A DNA stretch of 63,597 nucleotides, the filler included. It is 5 parts of 5 records of this genome, joined end to end, with 100 filler letters (N's around TTAATTAATTAA, not from the genome) between each part and the next. Parts side by side here need not be neighbours in the genome. Positions count along the whole stretch, not along the records: positions 1 to 13,626 come from SRR2962707_1159; 4 more parts are not named here. One strand, 5' to 3'. Below the pieces are notes generated by a model. It made no database searches and was not told the origin of the DNA. It saw only the letters and a program-made list of their open reading frames with translations. Below are positions 1-11,100 of this stretch, piece by piece. Within the stretch, counting starts at the first letter, position 1. Every line of letters begins with the position of its first letter. The position numbers were made by a program, and so were the translations under genes.

Positions 1-93
1 ACACACACACACACACACACATGCACACACGCACACACACACACCAAGGCTCAACAAAATCCACCAGCACTCCACAACGCAAACACACACACA
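1..93. repeat. (CA)n microsatellite tracts at contig start
   Basis: Interrupted acacac runs at 1-44 and 83-93. Confidence 0.9.
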
Positions 94-546
94 CGACTCT
101 CACTCCTTCGCATTCCTTCTCTCACTGACCAGCGAAAACAACGGCGAAAACTGCGCAAGAACAAGGGATGCGCGTGCTGTCGCGCGTGCCAAAACCAAAC
201 GACAGCGCACAGTCACGCTTTGAAAGGGCTGGAGTCTGACGCGATCGACAGCAGTGGCGGAGGGCTCGTCGGCAACGGAGTTGCATCTTCGGGTGTCTCG
301 TCTCTGCTCGCTGGTGGGAACGACGGAACAGGCGGCGAAAGGGGGCGGGAAGCATCCAGCTCACCGCTTTAGAAGGAAGTTGAGGGACGTACAATTGAGC
401 AGTTGGTTCGATTCTTGGTTCAGATTTTTTGCGTCTCACTCATCACGTACACGTAGGGCTACCAGTGACCCCCGGTTTGTTATGCTGCGGTGAGGGGCTT
501 GGTGTGTGCCAAAGCGCCGTCCGCAAGCGGCAGAGGTCTTTGCACC

Positions 547-3117
547 ATGAGTCTCCTTGACAAGAAGATTGAGCGCGTGCTGGCGATGAAGACGGACTCG
601 CCTGAAATGCACAATGCAATGGCTGCGCTGTCTACGTTTTACGGATCGAAAGGAAACACGCTGGAGGCCCGGCGGTCCCTGCGCGTGGACCTGGAAGGGC
701 GGTCGTTGTCGCTGGCCCAGGATTTTGTGGCTCAGTTTTCAGAGTTTCAAAACAGTTTGGAGGCGGTCGAAGAAACGGTCAAGGACATGAAATCAAAATG
801 TGCAGCCCTTTACGATGAAATTGATTCTACTGAAAAGGCGACGGCCACTTTCCTGCAGCGCACGAAAGATCTGAACTCCGTGCGGGACACGCAGAAGAAA
901 AGCATGGAGAGCCTGCGCTCTTTCATTATGAAGTTCAAGTTGTCGGATGCCGAAATTCAGACTCTGTTAGATGCTCCGCTTTCGCGTACTTCATTGAAGA
1001 AATTTCTGGACACTCTGTCGCAGCTTGAAGATATGAAACACCACTGCTCGAAACTATTGGCGATGTCGCCCAACAATACGTTCATAGTGCCAGCAAGCGA
1101 GGGAACTGCCCAAGGCGAGCACAATTTCGATCACACCCCGATGGAAATATTCAACGCAGTGTCGCAGTTCTACGAGCAGGGTTACGCTCGTCTGTTTCAA
1201 TGGTTATCTTCCGAGTGTGCGCAATGCTTCGACAACCCGCGCCCATCCGTTGATCGAGCGCTGTTGGAGGCGTTTCACAAATTTAGCTCGCAGCCAACGT
1301 ACCTGCATCACATTGAAGATGTCGTGGTCGCAGCCCGTAGCCACGCCGTCGCGGAAGCTTTTTCTTCGGCCCTAAACGAAGGTGGACCCAACGGGGTCCC
1401 GCCACGGATGGAAGACCAATCGGCAACACCTGTTCGATTTGTAAATGATTTGCTCGCTTGGTGCCACCAAGCGATTGCTGGCGAGAAGGAGCTCTACTCG
1501 TCCATGTTTGATCAGAGCCATGCAACAGAGGCGAAAACTGTCAGCCCTGGAGTGAACATACCAAATAGTCCGGATTCGGACCCCCCGAGGAGCCCACGTT
1601 TTGCGGCCATTTTTGAAGGCTTGGCAACTGTCGTTGGCCGCCGTTTGGATCGTGTTCTGAAAGAGTTTTCCGTTCACGATGTCGTGTCCGCGTTTCGTTT
1701 ATGGAAGCTATTTGGTTTTTATGCGGAAATGACAAGGGACTTATTACGATTAAGTCGAAGAACGCGTATGCCCAAGAAAATGGCAAGCGATGGTGCAGAG
1801 GCTTCCAGCGAGCAGCCAGGTGCGAGCGCACAGAACGTTTCTCCCATGGATCCTTTGAGTGATGCGCTTTTTGAAGCGGAGCGGCACGCGAGAATTACTT
1901 TTATGGGTCTGGCGCGTCAGCGCGGAGACGCCATGCTCGACAACATTGCGACGGCACCGGCAAGCCTCAGTGTCTCCTCTGTTGTGCAGTCTAGTCTGGG
2001 AGATCTTAAGCAGATTCTTGATCAGGAGGCTGGTTCGCTGACAAGCAGCAGCAGTTACAACAATAGCGAATCCAGTGAAGCACGTGCCGGCAACAGCAGC
2101 GGCACTGTTGGTAGCAGCCGAGATTTTGACGTGGTTTTAGATCTTTTTCTTCACCCAATGCTTCGCACGTCGCTCCGAAGCGCCAAGGTATATTTAGTCG
2201 TGCATGTTTGAGTCTCGTTTTGTTTCTTTCAACTGCGACTGACCATGCAGGCATGTTGTTGCGCATCTGTAGAGCCTCGACACGACCCATACAGCCCTAT
2301 TCATGGTGAATAACGCTCACGCAATGAGGCTTGCTCTCCTGCCATATCCTTTTGCGCAAAAATGGGTGGTATGAGTGCCTTTAGCATAGATGTGCATGTC
2401 ATGTTTGAGCTCTGTTGTTAGCAAAATCGCCCCTCCACCGTGCGGTGACAGTCACGTGTCAATGATGGTGACATTGGGACAGGAACGGGTCACCCATGAG
2501 AGGGATTCGTGGCAACAATTATTGGTTGTTGAGTTGGCCGGCTCCGTCATTGCTCAGTGCAATTTGACGGATTTCTTGAAGCAGTGCCGTTCAATTACCC
2601 ATGAACCGCAACAGTCAGGTTCAGGTACGTTCTCCCCTTCCTCCGTTCCCCCATCCGTCTCTTTCATTGTCGATTGTCGGGGAGCTTGTGGGAGCTGACG
2701 TGATGTGTTCCGCTTCCTTGCGTTCTAGAAGAACCTTCGAGCTCAGCCCAGCAGAACTTGCCGTTGCTCGCAAGTCACACGGACGCAACAACACTGCAGC
2801 GGCAAATGAAGCAGTTCTACAACGCCTTGTTCTCACTGACAGTTCCAATCCTCCAGCATGTGGTGGACCTCTCGCTGCGAGGAGAAACTCAACAGGTAAG
2901 CCTTGCGGTTGTGAAACTGTGCTAAGGCTGTCGTCGGGATCAGGTTTGCTTCGAAGGCTGCGTCTGTTGTGGATTGTTGCAGGCTGTTTACGCGACGCTT
3001 GTTGAAGCACACTCGACTATTTATTCAGCCGTATCCAACACAGAAATTTCAGGGTATGCTAAACCTTCCGACATTTTGCTTCATACGCCATCACAAATTG
3101 AGGTGCTGCTGAAGTAG
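547..3117 (+). CDS. COG6: Conserved oligomeric Golgi complex subunit 6 (5 exons)
   Basis: ATG 547 MSLLDKKIERVL..NTLEARRSLRVDLE; PVRFVNDLLAWCHQAIAGEKE; GT-AG introns near 2188-2272, 2369-2482, 2625-2728, 2896-2982; C-terminus GYAKPSDILLHTPSQIEVLLK* is typical of COG6. Confidence 0.9.
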
Positions 3118-3274
3118 TTGCCCCAAGCTTTCGTTTTTATAACTATCTATCTTATCGTACACACTACTTTTATGCAACATACAAACGTACATGACATACA
3201 ACACCTTACATACATTCAGGCTGAGCTTGCATGACGAGGCATCCATCCACTGAACACCTCGACGGCAACACCTT

Positions 3275-3907
3275 TCACTCCACGGTCTGAATATCGACGG
3301 ACATCTGAGTCAGCGATCCGAAGAAAATCTTTTGCCCGTCCACCAAGGGAATGGGCGTCATTGCGACCAGTTCTGTGCCATCTACAGTCGTTCCATTGGT
3401 GCTCCCACGATCTTCGAGGAAGAGACCTTTTCCTCGGATAAGGACAATTTCTGCATGAGTTGTGGACACGGAGTCGTCTTTCGATAGGCTGACACCACTC
3501 TTGACGTACTTGGCTGCCTTGGAACGGCCAATGAAAATGCTCACGGACTTAGACTTGTCGCGCTTGGCTCGACCACGACCCTTCCCAGGGGCCGACAATT
3601 TCAGTGTCCGAACCCACGAAGTTCCAGCATAAGGGCCCTCAATAGCTTGGAGAGTCACTTGGTACGTCGTTTCCTGCTCACCCATCCCGGCTGCGGCGAG
3701 CATTGCATTTTTCAAACGGTTGAACTCTGCTTGGATCATTTGGATCTTTTCGTTCGTGTGCGAACGAACTTTGTTCTCAAGCTGTTCAAACTCGCGCTGC
3801 AGGTGCTCCTCGACGGTCATATCATCGGAGGGTGCCTTGCTGGTCTTGCGCACTTTTCGCACAGTTGTCTCAACATCATTGCTCTTCTCAACCAATGCGC
3901 TCGACAT
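3275..3907 (-). CDS. N-terminal helix + C-terminal FHA domain protein (Survivin/BORI-type CPC subunit candidate)
   Basis: FHA motifs IFIGRS, DDSVSTTHAEI, LEDRGSTNGT; N-terminal helix DDMTVEEHLQREFEQLENKVRSHTNEKIQMIQAEF; ATG at 3907. Confidence 0.8.
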   Translation of the reverse strand: MSSALVEKSNDVETTVRKVRKTSKAPSDDMTVEEHLQREFEQLENKVRSHTNEKIQMIQAEFNRLKNAMLAAAGMGEQETTYQVTLQAIEGPYAGTSWVRTLKLSAPGKGRGRAKRDKSKSVSIFIGRSKAAKYVKSGVSLSKDDSVSTTHAEIVLIRGKGLFLEDRGSTNGTTVDGTELVAMTPIPLVDGQKIFFGSLTQMSVDIQTVE

Positions 3908-4174
3908 GGTTGGCGGTGGGCAGGTCACTTCTTGAAACAAAGAAAAACCACAACAACAACAAATACCAACAATGGCCAGCGTTTTTCCCACGACAAATCT
4001 TTGCCCCAAAACTGACGGCAGCAAAATTTCGAGGTATCGGCCACTCTACCGCTTCTTAAAGCGATGCGCACTTTGACACACGTCTAACTTTGCGGAGCCC
4101 GCGCAGCCAAAAAGCTGTGAAGTGGGCGACATGAGCAGCGACTTCCACGCGCGAATGTGTGCGTGTGCGTTTTT

Positions 4175-4247
4175 GAGTGAGTGAGTGAGTGAGGGCGAAA
4201 GTGAGAGAGTGAGGGAAGGGAAGTGAGTAAGTGAGTGAACGTGAGCG
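4175..4247 (-). promoter_or_regulatory. TCACTC/TCAC repeat cluster upstream of FHA gene, putative core promoter/initiator
   Basis: Plus strand gagtgagtgagtgagtgag...gtgagagagtgag...gtgagtaagtgagtgaacgtgag; motif recurs upstream of other genes. Confidence 0.4.
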
Positions 4248-4817
4248 GTTTGTGAGAAAATCCTCAACCGTCACTCTTTGGCGCTGCTCAATGTAAAATT
4301 CGTTAAAACACTGATTCTTACACTAGTAAATGGTAATAAATCCACAATTTAACAAAAGCTGAAATTTACTAAAAAATAGTGGATGAAAATACCCTGCTGG
4401 TGATCTGAAGTGGGCAGTTTCAAATTCGGTCATATTGTACTGTACTTTTCAAAAAACGCAAGCTCGTGCTTCCTTGTTGCTGTGGTCGCCCCTCGGCAGC
4501 CGTGAATGACAACAAGAGTGGCGCGTGATGGTTGTTGCATTGCCTTCATTGATTTTGGGGACCTTTTGCATGTCATTGGCGCCCGCTCGGTGCCGCCAAA
4601 GCGGGCAACCAACCCATTTTGTCTGTGTAGCATCCGTGGCCCGGGCAGATCGTGATGCATAAACAAGATGGAAGAGCCCGCAGTTGTCGTGCTCCAGAAG
4701 CTCGCTGCACGCACCACGATGAATGCATTACGGCGTGCATCGTTGCCAAGGAAGTTATTCATGCGTGCGGTGAACGAATTTGTTGACCAAGGCATTGCCG
4801 CCAGCGCTGGTAGCAGC

Positions 4818-6441
4818 TTACTCTTCCGAAGAAATGTTGCAGGCGTCTTTTTCGACGCGAGAATTGCGTTCACTCTTCAATTTTGCCTTCAGGAGGGCGA
4901 GGAAGAGCCTCTGCTGTCTTCTTTTGGCAAGCTGTTTCCTAGTGCGGGAACAACAAGAATAGTGAAAGGCGCATGCAGATATTACTCAGGTATTCATAAA
5001 AAATGTACCACCGCAAAGGAAACTTACCGGCGTTGTTCTCGAGTGCGCTCAAGCAACACCTTCAACCGAAAGCAGAAGGATGACAGTCACCACAGAAAGT
5101 TGAAAATAAACAAATTCAAAGAAACTCACTGCAACGAAGTTTACTCACATGCAAAGCACGAAGTCGAACACCATTGCATCGCATCACATCACAAGGAGGC
5201 AGTGCAGGGCCTTCTACGTTGGTTTCTAATTGCCTTGAAGTCGCTACGTTCGACTCGTCGGAATATTGTGATGGAGCGCTTGGCAAATAAGCGGCAGTGT
5301 TTAAGAGCCGCTCGTCATGCCCGCGCACCAGTAGGGGGAATGAGATGCGAGTTTTATGTCGCGGAAACGCCACCCGATGTGGGAGGGCACTAATTGAACC
5401 TTTCGTAAGCAAATGAATGTACTCGCCGACGAATACGATCACGTCTCGCTTTGGTACATACATCGTTTCAATCGGAATCCACCTGCATCGCACCCAGATT
5501 GTTAAGAACGGGTGGAACGGCCGAAACTCTTCATGTGTGCCCAATACGAACGATATTCACCTGTCTTTCACGAGCAGCTCGAGACCAGGTTCATCAGAAA
5601 CCACTCCACACGTGACAAATGTTGTATCTGTGTGCTCCCCGAAAGCCACAGTGGCGCTCGGCGCAGTTGCTCCGAGGGCAGGTGCAACCTCTGGTTGCGT
5701 ACGAGCTTCAGACTCCCTAACCTCCCCAGCATTTGGGGTGTACTTGCATATTCTCATCACGCTTGTTGTCAGAGCAGATCGCAACTGCGTCGTATGAGCC
5801 TCAGTGGCTGGCACAGGGGCTCTATTTGCAACTTTTTTCAGCTGAGGCTGTGCTGCAGTCGGTGGCTCAAGAAGATCTGTGAAAAAACCCGCAGGAAGGC
5901 CAAGATAGAACGCCAAAATACGAAGCACTGCTGCTCCAGTTGCTTCTAACAGGGAATGAAGCGCTCCAACTGCCTCATTAAAACCTGAAACGGGACCATG
6001 TTCAGAAGGTAGTCCTGTTCCCTCTGCTGGAGCTTCGTCACAGGCACCAATAGTAGGAACTATTATCTTCCGTCCGTCGGGTGGGCAACTGTAACTGCGT
6101 GCTTCAATAAATTCGCGACTTCCGGAATCTTTGTACCCAATGGGACAACCCCCTTCTAATGATTGCTTGTCGGTTGTGAGCGGAGCAAGATGCTGCTTCG
6201 TTTCAGCGTCAAGTTCAAAGAAATCTGAAGCAGCCTTCTGGGCTGCCCCAACGATACGCGCTGCTGTCTCAGGGTGTCGAATAACAAGATACCCCTCGCG
6301 GCGAAGCTGCTCACAAAGTTGGAGCACCAAGCCTTTGCATTGCCCTCCCTCCGAGCCATTTCCCAATGCCACAGAGCACTGGAGGACGGCTTCAGCTTCA
6401 AACACTGGCCCCTGGTCGCGCGGTTGCCCCTCCACAGACAT
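4818..6441 (-). CDS. 2-oxoglutarate/Fe(II)-dependent oxygenase, isopenicillin N synthase-like (about 4 exons)
   Basis: LRREGYLVI, FFELDAETK, HTDTTFVT (HxD), spliced exon VFVGEY..LPHRV..RISFP; final exons and stop at 4818 less certain. Confidence 0.8.
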
Positions 6442-8130
6442 GACCGCAGCAGCACAACCACCGCAAAACCAGACTAAACAATGGAAATAAAGAGACGCTT
6501 GCCTCGACGTTTTCGTTAGGCTTTTTTTTTTCACTTCCTCGCCATGTAGACCCTGCCTTCGTGCACAACAACCAACCCATCTTCTCGAGCCCCGCAGCAA
6601 CTTCGAAAGGAAACCTGCGGCTCATCATCGTCCCCACAATCCAATCCGGACGAAAGAACACAGCAAACACGATGGGAAAAGAAAAGCGACGACGCACACA
6701 GACAAGTCAACTAGACTGAAAACTGAAAACTTGTCGAAAACTTGAAAACTTGAAACCTTGAAACTTACTTGAAAAGCAAAGAAGAATTACCGGTGTGACC
6801 GCAAAACGAAAAAAGCGGCAGAGGTGAGGCTTGTTGTTTCTGTTACCCCTGCACCAGCCACTAGCTTGCTCACTCCACAGGAAAAACAATTTCTCAAAGG
6901 GGAGGAACGCCTGTACTTCTGGCTCAAATTCAAACTTCTCGCGACATTCTAAAAGATCAGTCCACTAGGGACCAAAGTGGGACTCTTCACAAACACAGGC
7001 GACCCCACAGAAAAGAACACTTTTCAATACGACTCTACTGGGCATGAAGGCGGAGCGGTGGGGTTTCGAAGCTCTCTTTTACGTGAATCCGGTCGCAATC
7101 ACAAGCCAGTAGCGAGTTATCCGTTTGATTCACCGCTGTCCGTAGTTCGCAGCAGCTGAGTGAGCAGTCGCTGGCAGCGAAAGCGCTGGCGAGCGGAAAG
7201 CAGCACGTTATGTGAAAACAGCTCATTAAGACACGCACACCTCCGCCCACTACGCCTGCGTGTGAGAGTGCCCCAGAAGTTGTGAAGTTAAATCACACTA
7301 TTTTCAATTTCACTTAAAACCTTTATCATTTTACGCTGTGATAGTATCACGACAGTATGAAATACGTTGTACTGAAAGCTTAATTCTTCACTTGCTCCTC
7401 CACTTCAACGTGTCATCTACGGTCGAAACTCCTTCAAGTGAATACGCGTAAGAAAGTCACTTTCCAACAGTTTTTTTACGAGGACGAACGGTAGCACGCT
7501 GTAGAACCTCAGCTTTTTTCCATAAACACTGAAAACTGAACGCACTCTCTCCTCAACAACACACTCTCCCTCGCTCACTCGCTCACTCAGCACTCGAGGC
7601 GCATCGTCTGTCCTCCTGGTCCACTTAGTCTGGTCAGAGACTTCGCTCGAAGTGCGTCGTTTGTGACCACCACCATCACGACGATCAGCGGGCAGCAGGT
7701 TGGGTTTTTCTGAAACCAGCGCTCACACCTGCCCGCCGAAAGCTGGCTGCTGAAGGTGCAGTCAGTCGTTGTAAAGGATCCTGGTGAGGGCGAGCGGCGA
7801 TGCGCTCACGTACTAGGTTGCAGCATGGCCTCGGAATCGAGGGTCATATTTTCCTTTTCGTTTTTTTTTTCGAGCAAGCACGTTAGTGCGAGTTCGTGGG
7901 GGGGTGCTGTTGCTCCACTTTTTTGTTGGCTCTTTCTTGTGCTTGTCTGGTTCCGTCGCTGCTTCTCTTATTCTTGCAGTGATCGAGCGCCTTTCTCTGC
8001 TTGTGTTCTTGCCTGGTTCTGCCAGAGCTGCGTTGGCCACGGCACGGCCTGTTTGGTCGTCATGTGAGTGGCGCTTCGCTTTGGCCGTCACGGAGGCACT
8101 GCCGTGGTCGAGTTCTCGAGCACTTGCAGC

Positions 8131-11100
8131 ATGGTGACCCGTCCAAACTCAGCCAGCGGCACAGTTCGGATTTGCATTGCTGTAAGTTGGGTGTGGTTGT
8201 CCGTGATCAGCGCAGCGTCCGTGTTCGAGTCGCTTGAACGCCCGTCCTTGCTTACGCACCTGAGTTTCGACGAGTACGAACCGTCAAGCCCATTCTCAGT
8301 TGCAGGTGGAGTTTTCGCTCCAGAGGTCAATGTTTCCAGTAACGTACTGCGGGATGAAAATGGACACTCGGGTGCTGCCCTCTTCTGCCGTGCCGACGCA
8401 TCGATGGATCTACCAGTTGGCGTTGGACCTTTAGCAATGCCCACAGTGACTTTCGGTGCATGGGTCAAGCCGACAGCAGCTGTACCCAAAGGCTCATACA
8501 ACCCTGTTTTGCTGGGCACTAGCAGCATCACTGGCGCGACTGGCCGATCCATATTTCTTGTTGACGTGGACAATACCCACCACTGGGCGGTCAGTGTTGG
8601 TCCAAGATCCTCTGATGTCGCCATTGTCGAAGAAGCTCCCCTACGGGTTGGAGAATGGCATCTTGTCGCCGCCCAATACGACTCAGCAGCAAGTGTCGTT
8701 GGGCTTTTCGTTGATGGAGAGTTGTTTACCTTGGCGACAACGGATGTTCTGGCTGAAACAAATAATCTTGCGATTTGCCACGGTGGCGTTGGAAGTCAAC
8801 ACTCGTCATTCTATGGCGACGTGGACGACTTTTTCATCTTTAGTGAGTGGCTCAGCCTTAGTTCCCTCGACTTTTTGTATGAAGGCACTGCAGTAGAACC
8901 CGCTGGTCCAGCTGCGGGAAGTGCGGGGTATGCGCTGCGTTTTGACACCAGCTATGTTACAGTTCCCCTCTCCAATAATCTCGCTCAAGGCAGGTTCCCG
9001 GGAACTACAATGCTTTGGCTCAAGCCAATGGACGTCACCACGGGATCTCTGCGATGCGTCTTGCAGTTCGAAGCACCGCAAACGCGCGTATTGTTGCGCC
9101 TTTTGGCCGAAAGCCCACATTCTGGGACAGAAACTCTGCAAGTTGACTCGGTTCGCTTCAGGGTTATTCTCTCGTCCGGCTTGAGTGGGGCGACAATTTT
9201 TGATTGGAAGCCGTCACATTTGGTGGCCGCAGGCTCATGGACGAACCTCGCTCTTGTGTTTGATGAATTCCACGACACATTTGCACTCTTTGTTAACGGG
9301 AGTCTCCAAGGATCGTTAAATCTTTCTGGTAGCGCTGCTTTCCAAGCAGTGAAACTGCCCACTCATGTCTTTGGGGATCTGACGATTGGGGCCCAGACCG
9401 ACGAATGGGGCGTTCGGCCGCGGGGAGCCTTTTTCGTGGGCGAAGTCGACGAAGTTGCTTTGTATTCTGCCGCGTTGACCGATGAGTATATCGGGCGCAC
9501 GTATCAGTCTTCACGCTCTCTTGCGGATGAGTTCTCAGGCGAATGTCTGGGGTATTGGCGCTTCAATGAGGGCTGCGGGATGAGCTCCGTGAACGGCATT
9601 GCGGGACAAAGCTCATCGCAGGCCCAGCTTGACCCAGGCATGTTTCTGGAGCCCAACTCCGAAGTTTGGGTAATTGCAGGCACACCCATCGATCTTGAAC
9701 AGAGCGTTGGAGCATCTTCAGAGTTGCTTTTCTTCCTCAATGGCTCCCAATGCATCGCTGACCCACAATCATTCCACTTTGAAATAGTCTCGGTGCCCAG
9801 TGTCGGCTCAGTTCACACTGTCGACGAGACGGCTGTCCTCCGTGCTGGGGCTACGCTGCTTCCAGGGGACACATTGGGTCAGTTTGAAGCCGCTATCTAT
9901 CTGCCCGACCCATCGCTCGAAAGCAGTTACACTACTCAATTTAGCTTTCGCACGATTTCCCTCGATGGAACCGGGTCGTCGATAGCCATTGTCACAATAT
10001 TGGTGCAGGCTGAGCAAGATGTACTACCACAGTTTTCAATGGACGACACTGTAATGACAATCGAAGGCTATGCTGTCAGTGACACGGATGTTGCAGAAGG
10101 GACCAACACCATTGATATGTCGGTCGGTATTGAGTCAGACTCTCTCGAAACAACTCTGAAGCTGGGATCGTCTCGAGGTCTAAATTTTGCAGATGGCAGC
10201 AAAGCGGAATCCGTCTCCGGTGCTCGAACGCAGCTCCAGTTCTACGGCCCGCCAGAGTCTGTTTCATCCGCTCTCGACCGCATAGAATTGTCAATGGCTG
10301 CAGCGCAAGGACAGACAATAATTTCTGTGACAGCGAATGACATGGGAGTCCCGAACGACGCCGTTTCCGATTCTGTACAGCTCAGCGTCTCCTTGCGCTC
10401 CGGTGGTGGACCTGTTCTGTCCTCACTTGAGCCGAGTGCTGGCTCTCCAGCAGGCGGCTACTACGTCAGCGTTTTTGGCGAAAATTTCGGACAGATGGAT
10501 CTCACATGCGTGTTCGGAGATAGCGTATCAACACCTGCAGTCTTGGTCTCAAATTCCAAACTCCAGTGTTTAGTGCCTAGCATTTCAATGTTCCCCAACA
10601 CCAGTTCACTTTTAGAGTTGTCCTTGGTGGTTCGCAGCGAAAGCGCCTTCGAAAGCAATTCCCTCAGGGTGCAATTTTACGACGAGTTTTCGGTTGACGG
10701 CGTTTTCCCATCACTGGGCCCTGTGTCGGGAGGAACAGAAGTTGTGGTGTCTGGCTCGGGATTCTATCCCTCTATGCCAATTCAGTGCCGCTTCAAAGGC
10801 TCAGCAATTACCGTTTCTGCGCTTTTTGTCAACTTTCACCGCGTAGTTTGCGTGAGCCCAGTTGTGTTGGTTGCTGCAGACTCCACCTTATTTCTGACAG
10901 GCAATGGCGTTCATTTTTCGGATGCCAACACGTCGGCTCCATTCCTATTCCACGAAGATTTTTCTGTGGGCTGGATCACCCCGGGCTTTGTGCCAGCCTT
11001 CCAACCATCGAATGTGACAGTAATTGGCCACAATTTCATCGATTCTGGTGCGTTGAGCTGTGTGTTTGGGAACCAGGTTGTTACTGCACGATACGTCTCG

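Noticed and set aside
4430-5393. ORFs 4430-4873 (-) and 4668-5393 (+)
   Set aside because: No recognisable domain; they overlap the oxygenase 3' exons and UTR
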